Assembly (NCBI RefSeq): GCF_036365525.1
Contig: NC_090382.1
Span: 101,738,595-101,802,594, forward strand
Direction of reading: 5' to 3'
DNA: 64,000 nucleotides
Source: Heterodontus francisci
Taxonomy: Eukaryota
Notes under the pieces: model-generated
What the model was told of the DNA's origin: nothing
The model's input: the letters and a program-made list of their open reading frames with translations, nothing else
The model's database searches: none
Program-made: the position numbers and the translations under genes
Part shown: piece by piece, positions 25,651 to 36,754 of the stretch
Numbering within the stretch: the first letter of the stretch is position 1
Layout of the letters: each line of letters starts with the position of its first letter

Positions 25651-27340
25651 CATATATTTGCAGCACTATTCCAGGCCTCAGGATTACCAGTCCTGTAACA
25701 TTACCACTATGAGGCTGACCCCTTTCATATCAACTCAAGCATTGAATGGACCAGAACTTTGAATCTCTCCAATTCCCCATTACAAAGTTTCTTGTCTTTC
25801 CATCTTATTCATATTGTTATATTTAATACATGAGATTTTCTCCCTTGTTCTCCCTCAATTACAAATTTGCCACATGACTGATTCGACCTCTTACCCACAT
25901 CCTCAATGTGAAGAAATTAGGACGCACATACGTTGTAACTGCCAAAAAGTTGACAAACAGCTTTAAAAAAAAGTTGGCACACCATCAGAAAGATCTACAT
26001 CTCTAAAATTACCCTGAGTGCAAGTCTGCAGTGAAATTGTAATTGGTGCTGGAAAGTGGACCCAAAATTACTCATTTTGAAGGAGAAAAAGCAGAAGGCT
26101 ATGAAAGTTTTAGGAGAGTTTCAAAGGTGTAATATCCAGGTTACTATACTCTTTGTAGCGAACAAAGATATTAGTCTGCGGGTTAAGGTAACTGGAGTTT
26201 ATTTACAAACGTCTGGCATCAATGGCTTCCACACAATACTCCTCACATTTCTGTTCAATCCATGACATCACATTCTGTAAAAATGCTTACAGTCTATTTA
26301 CATAATCTACCCAGCAACAACCAATGTCACATTATACTTATTTGGTGCATCTTTTAGAATTTTAGATTCTAGAACAGAAACGTCAATCGAGTTTTTTGCA
26401 TTTAAAAATGGAGAAATTTGAAGATCATCTTGAAAAGATATCTTTGACTAACGAGGTCAGCACACTGACAGAGCTGTAATGTGCCCTTACAATTCTTCCA
26501 GAATCCTGTGGGTGGATGCCCATGAGGAGGTATAAATAGCCTTTCAGACAGGGACGCTGTTGGGTCATGAAATTTGGAAATCCTGCCCCCTGCACTTTGA
26601 CCAGGGTTTGAGCCTCCAGGAATTTCAAGTGTTGCATAATTTAAAGTCCAGGCAACACCTGGATAGATCTTTACGGCCTCCTAATTAGCTGGAATTTCAC
26701 ACCACATTCATGGAATTATAATTTATACATCCCTTGTTGTCCCATTTTCACCTAAGGTAGGTCTGGAGGGAAACGGGACGATGACAGATGGATAAATCAT
26801 GGGGCACTGTGCCAGTTCCTCACGTTAGACTGGAGTTTTTCACAATGCAACTCCAGCTGGGGAATGGTTTAATCATGGAGTAACATTATATCAACTCCAG
26901 TGTAACATGGGGAAATAGCAGAGTGTCCCCACTGCACAGCATATAATATGCAATGTTATCAATCATTTCCACCCACAGCTATGAGCCTGACTCCAATAGA
27001 CAATATTCCCAGTATTTAAGTATCTGTGCTGACCAGTTTACACCATTTGTTTCTTCTGTATACAGATGTATACACATATATACACATGATGCAGATACAG
27101 AGCATGCAGGAATTTAATTTGGAGTATTTAATAGGGAGGTGCTGTAAAACAGCAGCATAAGATGGAACTCACATAGATGACCAATGATAAAAGGAACAGT
27201 AGGTGCATCATTTAATAAATTCATTAAATGTTGGTGGCTATTAAGAGATAAATTTTGACCCAAATGGAGACGGAAAAAACTCAAGTTTAAGCAATGCACA
27301 GTTGAAACATCATTGTTGGCTATTACATTTCTGAGATATT

Positions 27341-28072
27341 GGCTGGAATTTTATGTCGGGGTGGAGGCCCTGCCCACCAGCCAAAAAGTCGGGGGTGAGC
27401 CCGCCAATGCCAGGCCTGGAAGCCATGTTGTGATTTTATGTGGCCCAGGCCCTTAATTGGCCTGGGGCAGGACTTCCGCCCCTCTGAAGCAGGAGGTCCT
27501 GCTCCAAGAGCTGCAGGCCAATCAGCTCTTCAGTCCCAGCAGTGCAACCAGGAGCGGTGGCCACTGCTGGGACTGCACTGAGTGAGAGGAGCAGCAAGAA
27601 GGAGCAGGCCCCAGAATTGAGCTAAGTGTATAGGGCCTCGTTGGGGATAATTGACTCGGCCCCAGCAAGGTGGGAGGGGATGATGGGGGGAATTGGTTGA
27701 GGTGGTGGGGTGGGGGAGCGGGGAGGTGCTCCAGCAGCGGAGGTTTATGCTGTGGAGTGGGCCCTCCATGTGGCACAGGGTGCCCGATGAGGAGGCACCT
27801 CCCCCCCCCCCCCGCCCACCAGCCTGCAAGGAGGTCATCAGGCTTTACTGGTAATATACTAGCAGCAGCAGCAGAAGGTCCTCAAATTTCAATTAATTGG
27901 CCACTTAGGGGCCTTAATTGGCCTGGGGAGGATAGGCCATTTGCCACCTCCCCCGCTGCTCGCAAAACTTCAGCGGAGGCAGGAAGGCGATGGGAATGGC
28001 TGCCTCCCACTCAATTATACACCACCTCCCCCACCTCCAGTCCACTCCCGCTGGAGGCGTAAAATTCCTGCC
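27341..28072. mobile_element. Harbinger-type MITE with 3-bp TSD ATT
   Basis: ATT-ggctggaattttat ... gtaaaattcctgcc-ATT. Confidence 0.8.
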
Positions 28073-28220
28073 ATTAATTGAGAGGGCAGGAAAATTACAT
28101 GTAAAATTCAATTTATTTTCATAATGTAGCTTTTCATTTTACATGACGTCTGCAGAAGCTGTGAAAGGATTGTTGAAATATTTTGAGAACCATCTCTATT
28201 GCAAGTTTTCATAAGTTATA

Positions 28221-28226
28221 TTTATT
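28221..28226 (-). terminator. Candidate polyadenylation signal (AATAAA) of the Ig receptor gene
   Basis: tttatt on the + strand ~150 nt downstream of the stop codon; a second copy lies at 28112-28117. Confidence 0.35.
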
Positions 28227-28377
28227 TTGAAAGGTGTGGTGCAATGATTACGTTAAATCAGAGCAGATGTAGGAAGAAAACTAATTCCAGTTGTCAGGTA
28301 AAAATACCAGTTCCAAAAATGTTATATTCCACATATCTAACTCCAAACTCTTCCTAGCTCTCGGAGGAAGTTCATTT

Positions 28378-28443
28378 CTATTTTCTGTGTGCTACTTGTG
28401 CATAGATAACAGATGAATCATCTTCATTTGAGGGAGCCAGGTT
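28378..28443 (-). CDS. Ig receptor terminal exon (ITIM VIYAQV, stop)
   Basis: ttctctcttgcag|AAC; encodes NLAPSNEDDSSVIYAQVAHRK followed by TAG. Confidence 0.82.
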   Translation of the reverse strand, partial: NLAPSNEDDSSVIYAQVAHRK

Positions 28444-28585
28444 CTGCAAGAGAGAAATTAACCATTTATAATAATGTGAATTGTTTTTGCATCTCTTTAC
28501 ATCAGTTGACAATGTTACAAATTTGTTGCTGATATTAATATATTGTAGTGCCTGTGATTTCATCAATAACAATCAATGTACTTAC

Positions 28586-28629
28586 AGTATCTGATGACTG
28601 GTTATTGTGCTGCATACCATGTCTGTCCC
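28586..28629 (-). CDS. Ig receptor exon: cytoplasmic 4 (spacer)
   Basis: ttatcacag|GG...ACT|gtaagt; 44 nt, phase 1-0, exactly the phase needed to join the flanking exons. Encodes GDRHGMQHNNQSSDT. Confidence 0.72.
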
Positions 28630-29677
28630 CTGTGATAATTGCAAACATTGATATTAAAGGATAACATTGACCGATCAGACTGACAGAAAAACTTACAATT
28701 AGGATATATAAACATCCTCAACTTATTGCATTTCACATACAGACAATGAATCAGCGAGACATTGATTGACATGAACCCAGTTGTCCTCTGTATGACTCAG
28801 ATCCACATTAAGCACTGCATTTACACGGTAACCCACAAGGAATATCATAAATGAACCAAGCTGCTTCCATGGCTGTTGGGAGTTTGCATGACCTACTGCT
28901 AGCTCATTCAGGTGCTGGTGGAAGTGGGGGCTCTTCAGATGAAAACAAAGGCCAGTGAGGCTGGTGAAAGCAGGAACTACTCCTTCAGTCTTATTTTCAT
29001 TGAAGTATGGGGACAACATGAAAGGAATGGAGGTTGCATGTCACAGATCACCACCCCTTTTCTTATTACGGCCCAGGGAATAATTGTTTCCCAGCTACTG
29101 TTAGGAAGATCAATGTTACTTAGATCAATTTGAGAACTTTCATAATGCCTTTCACATCTTCAGGACATGCAAGAGCAAATTAAATGCCTTTACAGTCTCG
29201 TCACTGTTCTAAGGAATGCACCTCCAATAATGCAGCAAGCAAATCTTGAACTCATGATCTTCTTTCTCAGAAGTGAGAGAAGTGAGAGCCAAGCTGGCAC
29301 TCTGAAGGCTGAAACAAGTTTCTTTCCATGCTACATGTGCAAAGTTGATGTGATATAATTCAAGAAAGTAACATGTTTTCTTCCTACTATGGTTCCATAT
29401 TACTAGTAGTTTAGTTCAAAAATAGTCACAAACAATTCAATCACATCAACACTTTTTCTACAAAAAGTTACAATGGAAAGACACAACTGATTATATTAAT
29501 ATGCAATGCTGCCAATGCTTTATTGTCAGTGAAAGAAGCCATAATGGCCCTAGGCTATCATAACATTTCTGGTGTTTGTTCTCAGGAAGACCCTTATCCC
29601 TACTTGCCCTAAGAAAGCAGGAGACATTCTTTTGAAGCAATTGTACACTTCTGAGAGCAGTAAGAGTTAGCCACATA

Positions 29678-30360
29678 GAGCTGGATTTTACCAGCCCTCT
29701 GGGGATGGACTGGGAGGCCCATAAAGTGGTGAGTGAAGGCAGGGTGGAGTGCCCATTGTCTTCCTGTCGCCATTCCAATTTTACCAGCAGTGGGGAATGT
29801 GGAGGACAGCCCTCCTGCCCATAGGACAATTGAGCCACTTAACTGGCTAATTAAGGGTCCCTTCCTGCCACCTTGACGTTTTACCAACAGCAGGTAGGTT
29901 CTCTGCCGCATAGGGAGAGGGACTGGCAAATCCTGGCGGCCTTGCTGCAGGCTCGGGGGCCCAGCTGTTTGAGCTCTGAGGGGCTCCCTGGCGGCAATGG
30001 CCGATCCTGTGTCAACCACTGCATGCCCTGCCCTGCCATCACCACCACCACCAACACACACCACTCCCCCCCCCAACCCCCAAACCTCACTGAGCATGCC
30101 CGACTGGCTCCAGCGCTTCCAGACCCTCCTTACCTGATTGGGATAGTGGCCTGGTTTCATGGTGTCCTCTCATCCAGGTGCAGTCTGCTCCCAGTGGTAC
30201 TGCTGAGAGCTGAGCTGCTGACCCTCCGATTGACTGGTAGCTCCTGGGGGTGGGCGCCCATCCTTTAAAGGATGTGGGTCCCACAAACGGCCGAGATGGG
30301 GTCGCCGCTGGCTTTTGGGCCCATTGTCTAGGCCCCTGCTGCACCAATAAAATTCCGGCC
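29678..30360. mobile_element. Harbinger-type MITE with 3-bp TSD ATA
   Basis: ATA-gagctggatttta ... taaaattccggcc-ATA. Confidence 0.8.
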
Positions 30361-30777
30361 ATAGTGTGAATTAGAGTCGATTGAAGCCACAAAGTAGGTG
30401 ACTTTTTTTTGAAGGACATTAGTCAACCCAAATACCTCGAGTTTCCTGGTGCTAGCCTACAAATTGTGAGATTTATTAGATTCAATTTCACAGCCCACCA
30501 TGGTAGGATTGGAATTCATGTCTTTCAGGTTGATAGTCCAGTACCATAGTCACCACTGTACTGTACCTGGCTGTTGAGGTACTTTAATAATTGTTGTTTC
30601 TGGTTCTGCAGCCTCAATACAGCTCCTACTGAGAATTTACCTACAGAAAAATACTTAGTGGAATTCAACATGATCTGCAATTTCTCTGAGAGGACACAAT
30701 ATATAACTGTGTGGTAAATGGAAAAATGGCACACTGGTGCATCAGCACAGGTGCTTTTCTGTGATTCGTGAGAAAAA

Positions 30778-31200
30778 GGAAAAGAAAGACTTGCATTTAT
30801 ATATCACATTTAACAACCTCAGCACACCCCAAAGCACTTTCCAGATAATTAAGTACTTTTGAAGTGTAGTCACTTTTGTAATGTAATCACACAGCAACCA
30901 ATTTGGACATAAGCAACCACAAACAGCAATGTGCTAACAACCCGATCATTGGCCAGGATACCAGAGAGAACACTCCTGCACTTCTTTGGAATAGTGCCAT
31001 GGGATTTTTTTGTGCCCACCCGAGAGAGCAGGCAGGGTCTTGGTTTAACATCTCACCCAAAATATGGCACATCCAACATTGCAGCACTCTATCAGTACTG
31101 CCTTGGAGTGTTAGCCTCGATTTTTGTACTTTGGAGTAAGACTTGAACACAACATTCACATTCAGAGGCAAGAGTGCCACACACTGAGGCACAGCTGACA
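30778..31200 (-). mobile_element. DeuSINE (SacSINE1-like), near full length
   Basis: tRNA-like head (gtcagctgtgcctcagtgtg...gttcaagtc), central domain, and aaatgcaagtctttcttt tail. Related pieces at ~31480-31800 and ~43440-43990. Confidence 0.65.
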
Positions 31201-31344
31201 GCCACTTAACACTTTTATAGGGCAGAGCAGAGCTTCTCCCTTCATGCTTGATGCTGATATGAGGTGCCTAAAGATAATTAGCTTTATTACCCAGCATTAA
31301 CCTTCCTAACATTAAAGAAAACAAAAATGAAAAAAAAACACTAC

Positions 31345-31401
31345 CTGGTGCTTTTTTCTGAAAAGAGACAGATCCATAATGAATATCTTCTCTTTCTGTG
31401 T
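31345..31401 (-). CDS. Ig receptor exon: cytoplasmic 3 (ITIM IHYGSV)
   Basis: ttctctgtag|AC...CCA G|gtagtg; 57 nt, phase 1-1. Encodes NTEREDIHYGSVSFQKKAP. Confidence 0.82.
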
Positions 31402-32129
31402 CTACAGAGAATAAGATGGAAGTAAAGAATTTACATCTAGATATATAGTGCCAGAACATATCCCAAAATAAATAATGAATTACTTTTAAAGTGTAAGTAT
31501 TGTTGTCAAATAAACAAACACAACATACAAGGTACCAAAAGCAATAAATGAGAAAACAAACAATTAATCTCTTGTGGTGACTTTGATTGAGTGGAGAATT
31601 TTCATCAGTACAACTCCTTTACTTCTAATACTACACTGATAACTTTAACAGGCACCAAAACTTGACTCAACTGATAAGACAGTGATATGGAAAATGCAGT
31701 ATCCCCCTGAAGTGTCAGTCTAGAGTACACACTCAAGGTCTGAGGCTTGAACCCAGAACCTCCTGTCTCTAAAGTGACAGTGCTGCGAAGTTGACTCAAA
31801 AATTGGAGTATCAACTACATAGATCTGTTGTTGCAGATTTAATAAACAATGCAAATTTAACAAAATAGCTCACTAATCACATTATCTTTTCCAATTTTAT
31901 TCTCTCCCACCTCTCCTGACTCGCACTAGGTGATGGTTCCACAAGTATTGACAGTTCTCCAGTATATAACTCAAACATTCATTCTCCATGTGAGAGCCTG
32001 GATATTAAATGTTGGGAAGATGTAAGATCATGTGGAGTCTCAAAGCCGAGAGTGATCCTGACACCCGCACTTGTTTACTTTGTTTTAGTGATTCATGTTA
32101 TTTCTAAGAGCTTTGGGAGAGTGCGGAGC

Positions 32130-33643
32130 ACCACAGGAGTGGCCACAAGAGTTTAAAAGGCAGCATGGCAAAGCAGAGCAGGAAATTCAAAACGGAGTAA
32201 ATTTGCAAAAGTGTTGCCATGGCCGAAGGAATGGAGGAGCCTGTGAAAACAGAGTGTCATCAGGTCGAGCATAGAGGAAAAGCTCTGAATGTGAGTAAAT
32301 CGAGTGAATTTTTTTTTTAACAATGGGAGTCTATCTAATTTATTTCAGGCTACGAAATAATAAATAAGACTAGAGGTGGCAGGGCAGGGTAAGTGTCTGG
32401 CCTATATTATATGGGAGTTTGTGGACAGCTAGATTGTTCCAGATTCCCACATCTGCAGGAAATGTTTCTGCCTCAGTCACCCCAGCTCAGAATCACTGAG
32501 CTGGAATGCGAGTGAGAGACTCTCAGAAACATAAGGGAGGGGAAGAATTTCTGGCAAGTCTTATCCAGAACACAGTCACACCTCAGAGGAAAGCATAGGT
32601 TCAGGAAGTGGAAGGGGTGACTGTAAGGGGGCTGGGTAATGGGAACTTCAGGAAGGTTGGAAAGGAGGTCCTGCCACACTGTCCCTGTGCAATAGGTGAA
32701 ATATGTTCACTACCTGAGAGGACAAGGAGATAGAGTGAGGAAAACCACATTGCAGACCAGGACACTGTGGCTCAGTGGGGAGAAAGAGTAGAATAGAAAT
32801 GTGGTATTGATAGGGGATTCTTTAATTAGATGGATAGATGATGTATTTTGAAGCCATGAATGATAAGGTCAAAGCATGCAGGTAGAGGGGCAAGTGGCAT
32901 GAGTGGTTAGCCAGCTGGCTGCAAGAGAGAAAGCAGAGAAAAACTGTTCAGAGCAGCAGAAGATGGAAAATGGGTCCCACAAGCATCAGGTTTGGGAACA
33001 CTGTTGTTTGCAATTTATATTAATGATTTAGACTTTGGAATAAAAACATAATTTCTAAATCTCTAATGACACCAAATTGCAGGGACTGACAATACTGAGG
33101 AGGATGGCAGCAAATCACAAGATAACATTAATAAACATTTAAGAATGGAAATATAATTGGCAAATAAATTTTAACATCGATAACCGTGAGGTATTACATT
33201 TTGGTAAGAAAGATAAGGTGGTCACAGATTACTTGGAAAATATGAATGTAAATGGGGTAGAAGAGCAAAAGGGAGTACAAATTCACAGATCACTAGAAGT
33301 AATGACACAGGTTAATAAGGCCATTAAAAAAAAGCAAAGCAAGAACTAGGATATATTTCTGGAAGGATATTGAAAAGTAAACAAGTTATGTTAAACTTGT
33401 ATTGAAACTTGGTTAGATCATACTCTGAGCACTGTTTACAGTTGTGACCATATTATAAAAGGACATAGAGGCGCAGGAGAGGGTGTAAAAAAGATTTGCA
33501 AGGATGCTATCAGAAATACACGGTTCGACAGATCAGGAAAAGATGAACAGGCTGGATCTCTTTTCTCTTGAAAAGTGAAGGCTGAGGTCTGACCGAATAC
33601 AAGTCTTCAAAATTATGGAAGATTTTAAAAGAGCAAACACAGA
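32130..33643 (+). mobile_element. Decayed CR1 (ORF1 and ORF2 remnants), left part; continues at 41263-41590
   Basis: Zinc-finger ORF1 remnant (HICRKC...LRITELE), VVLIGDS and RT remnants; sequence resumes after the Harbinger insertion. Confidence 0.75.
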
Positions 33644-34014
33644 GGGTCGGATTTTACATGAAGGCAGCAACTCCCACCGCTGGGGCTGAAAATGGGTGGA
33701 TTGGCCACATGGGTGGCGGAGGGGGACTACAATTTCATGCAGGGCTGGCCAATTAAGGGCTGGCAAGAGGATGAGGAGGCCCATGAGATGGGACAGGTTG
33801 CGGGGGGTGATAGGGGTGGGGAGTTCCAGAGCGTCAATCACTGGCATCATCTTTAAAAGCCAGGCAGTAGCACAGGATAATGCAGCAGCCCCGGAGGGAG
33901 TGGTGAGCGTGTCCTGGCAGCACTGCAAGTTGAAGAAATGGACGAAGTTCAATCAAGGGTATCCCCAAGATTCAGCGAAGCCTCCCTGGATATACTCCTC
34001 CAGGCTGTACTATT

Positions 34015-35470
34015 TTTTATTCATTCATGGGATGTGGGCGACGCTGGCCAGGCCAGCAATTATTGCCCATCCCTAATTACCCTTGAGAAGGTGCTGGTGA
34101 GCTGCCTTCTTGAACTGCTGCAGTCCATTTGGGGTACATAGACCCACAGTGCTGTTAGGAAGGGAGTTCCAGGATTTTGACCCAGCGACAGTGAAGGAAC
34201 GGCGATATAGTTCCAAGTCAGGATGGTGTGTGACTTGGAGGGGAACTTACAGGTGGTGGTGTTCCCATGTATTTACCGCCCTTGTCCTTCTTGTTGGTAG
34301 AAGTTGCAGGTTTGGAAGGCGCTGTCTAAGGAGCCTTGGTGCGTTGCTGCAGTGCATCTTGTAGATGGTACACACTGCTGCCATTGTGCATCGGTGGTGG
34401 AGGGAGTGAATGTTTGTAGATGGGGTGCCAATCAAGTGGGCTGCTTTGTCCTGGATGGTGTCTAGCTTCTTGAGTGTTGTTGGAGCTGCACCCATCCAGG
34501 CAAGTGGAGAGTATTCCATCACACTCCTGACTTGTGCCTTGCTGATGGTGGACAGGCTTTGGGGAGTCAGGTGGTGAGTTACTCGCCTCAGGATTCCTAG
34601 CCTCTGACCTGCTCTTGTAGCCACGGAATTTAAATGTCTACTCCAGTTCAGTTTCTGGTCAATGGTAACCCCTAGGATGTTGATAGTGGGGGATTCAGCG
34701 ATGGTCATGCCATTGAATATCAAGGGGAGATGGTTAGATTCTCTCTTGTTGGAGATGGTCATTGCCTGGCACTTGTGTTGCACGAATGTTACTTGCCATT
34801 TATCAGCCCAAGCCTGGATATTGTCCAGTTCTTGCTGCATTTCTACACGGACTGCTTCAGTATCTGAGGAGTCACGAATGGTGCTGAACATTGTGCAATC
34901 ATCCGCGAACATCCCCACTTCTGACCTTATGATTGAAGGAAGGTCATTGATGAAGCAGCTGAAGATGGTTGGGCCCAGGACACTACCCTGAGGAACTCTT
35001 GCAGTGATGTCCTGGAGCTCAGATGATTGACCTTCAACAACCACAACCATCTTCCTTTGCATTAGGTATGACTCCAGCCAGCAGAGGGTTTTCCCCCTGA
35101 TTCCCATTGACTCCAGTTTTGCTAGGGCTCCTTGATGCCATACTCGGTCAAATCCTGCCTTGATGTCAAGGGCAGTCACTCTCACCTCACCTCTTGAGTT
35201 CAGCCCTTTTGTCCATGTTTGAACCAAGGCTGTAATGAGGTCAGGAGCTGAGTGGCCCTGGCAGAACCTAAACTGAGCGTCACTGAGCAGGTTATTGCTA
35301 AGCAAGTGCTGCTTGTTGGCACTGTTGATGACACCTTCCATCACTTTACTGGTGATAGAGAGTAGGCTGATGGGGCGGTAATTGGCTGGGTTGGATTTGT
35401 CCTGCTTTTTGGGCAATTTTCCACATTGCAGGGTAGATGCCAGTGTTGTAGCTGTACTGGAACAGCTTGG
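34015..35470 (-). mobile_element. Non-LTR retrotransposon (CR1-group, distinct subfamily) 3' part with uninterrupted 389-aa RT ORF
   Basis: NYRPISLLS, ALDIKAGFDRVWH, VPQGSVLGP and MFADD motifs. Confidence 0.92.
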
Positions 35471-36754
35471 CTACTGGTGCATGCTCTGAAGGTTAGCAGC
35501 TATAATGTTGTCCCTCGTACCTGGCTGCAGTGCCGAAAAAGTGTCATTGACCTGGTGTAGTCTGGATAGGTGAGTGCAGTTCATAACATTCAGCTTGCAG
35601 CCTTAAAATAACAGATAGGAGAAGGGGATGCCCACCCTGTCAGTGGAGATGCCTAGGTATCAGCATTGGCTGTCAGATGCATGTCAGTCTCCCTGTGCAG
35701 GACACTGGTCAGACAGATGTGACTCCAGCAGAGCCAATGCTGATTGGCTGCAGCACCACATTGGACATCAACATAGGAATCGTGCCTCTCTTTGAGTGAC
35801 TAACAATGGGAATGTATGTGCTTGCAGGAGAACAAAGCTCTCAATGTTTGGAAAATATCCAGAACTGGTGGTGTCGTGCCTTACATGGCCATCCTCACTC
35901 CCACGGAAGGGGGAGGCACTGGAGCTGGTTGGAATGGAGGCTGGCCAGGCTATTATGGATGGTAAGATGGTTGTGGAGCCCTGACAGAGTGACTGCCAAA
36001 TGGATGGGCACGAGACCCTCTGGCGAGCACAAAGAATTGTGCCCATGTGTGCACCACTGCTCTCATGGGGCTCCAGATGAATAGTTAGAAGGACATGTTG
36101 GAAAACTCATTGCCCTCTCATCACTCTTCTCTGTCTTGCAGGTCATAGACAAGAGTGGCCAGTCACCCAGCCTGAGACACCCCCCCAATTTTGAGGGTGG
36201 AGTAGGAGATCTCAATGGATGCACTGTCACATCATTCTCCCACACCGTCCACCAGCACAGACACTCTCTTCTCGGTGGGTAGTCGTGTGCGGTGAGTAAC
36301 GGGGTCATATTCTGATGTGCACAGCACAGACGTGCCTGAGCAGCTAACGGAGGCAGTGCCAACTGAGGTCACTCATGCTTGGTGGACTGTGGGAGGACCC
36401 GGTGATGCTCAGTTTCCAGCTGATGACATGCTGCTGGAGTCATCAACAAGGAGCTGCAATGTGAGGTGCAGGAACATCTGGTGGAGTTTCCAGAGGCTTT
36501 GTGCACCCATGCACAGACAACGGGGGAGTCCATCCAGGCCATGAGTGTAGCCATGACTCTGGCTTCCTCCATTGAGAGATTGGCGACACTCATGAAGAGC
36601 CACATCCAGCAGACCATCCAGTGGATGCTAGAGCTGCTCACAGACTTGCATGATATCGCCAAGTCCACGAACTCTGTGGAGCCAAGTGTACCCTGAAAAG
36701 GTGCAGAAGCAGCTTCCTACAGCCACTGAGGTCTTTTCTCAGGGTGCTCTTCAC

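Noticed and set aside
24861-30419. Multiple GC-rich 60-180 aa ORFs (e.g. 25249-25698, 27670-28062, 29609-30160) as genes
   Set aside because: They lie within TIR/TSD-bounded MITEs, show low-complexity Pro/Gly composition, and have no domains.
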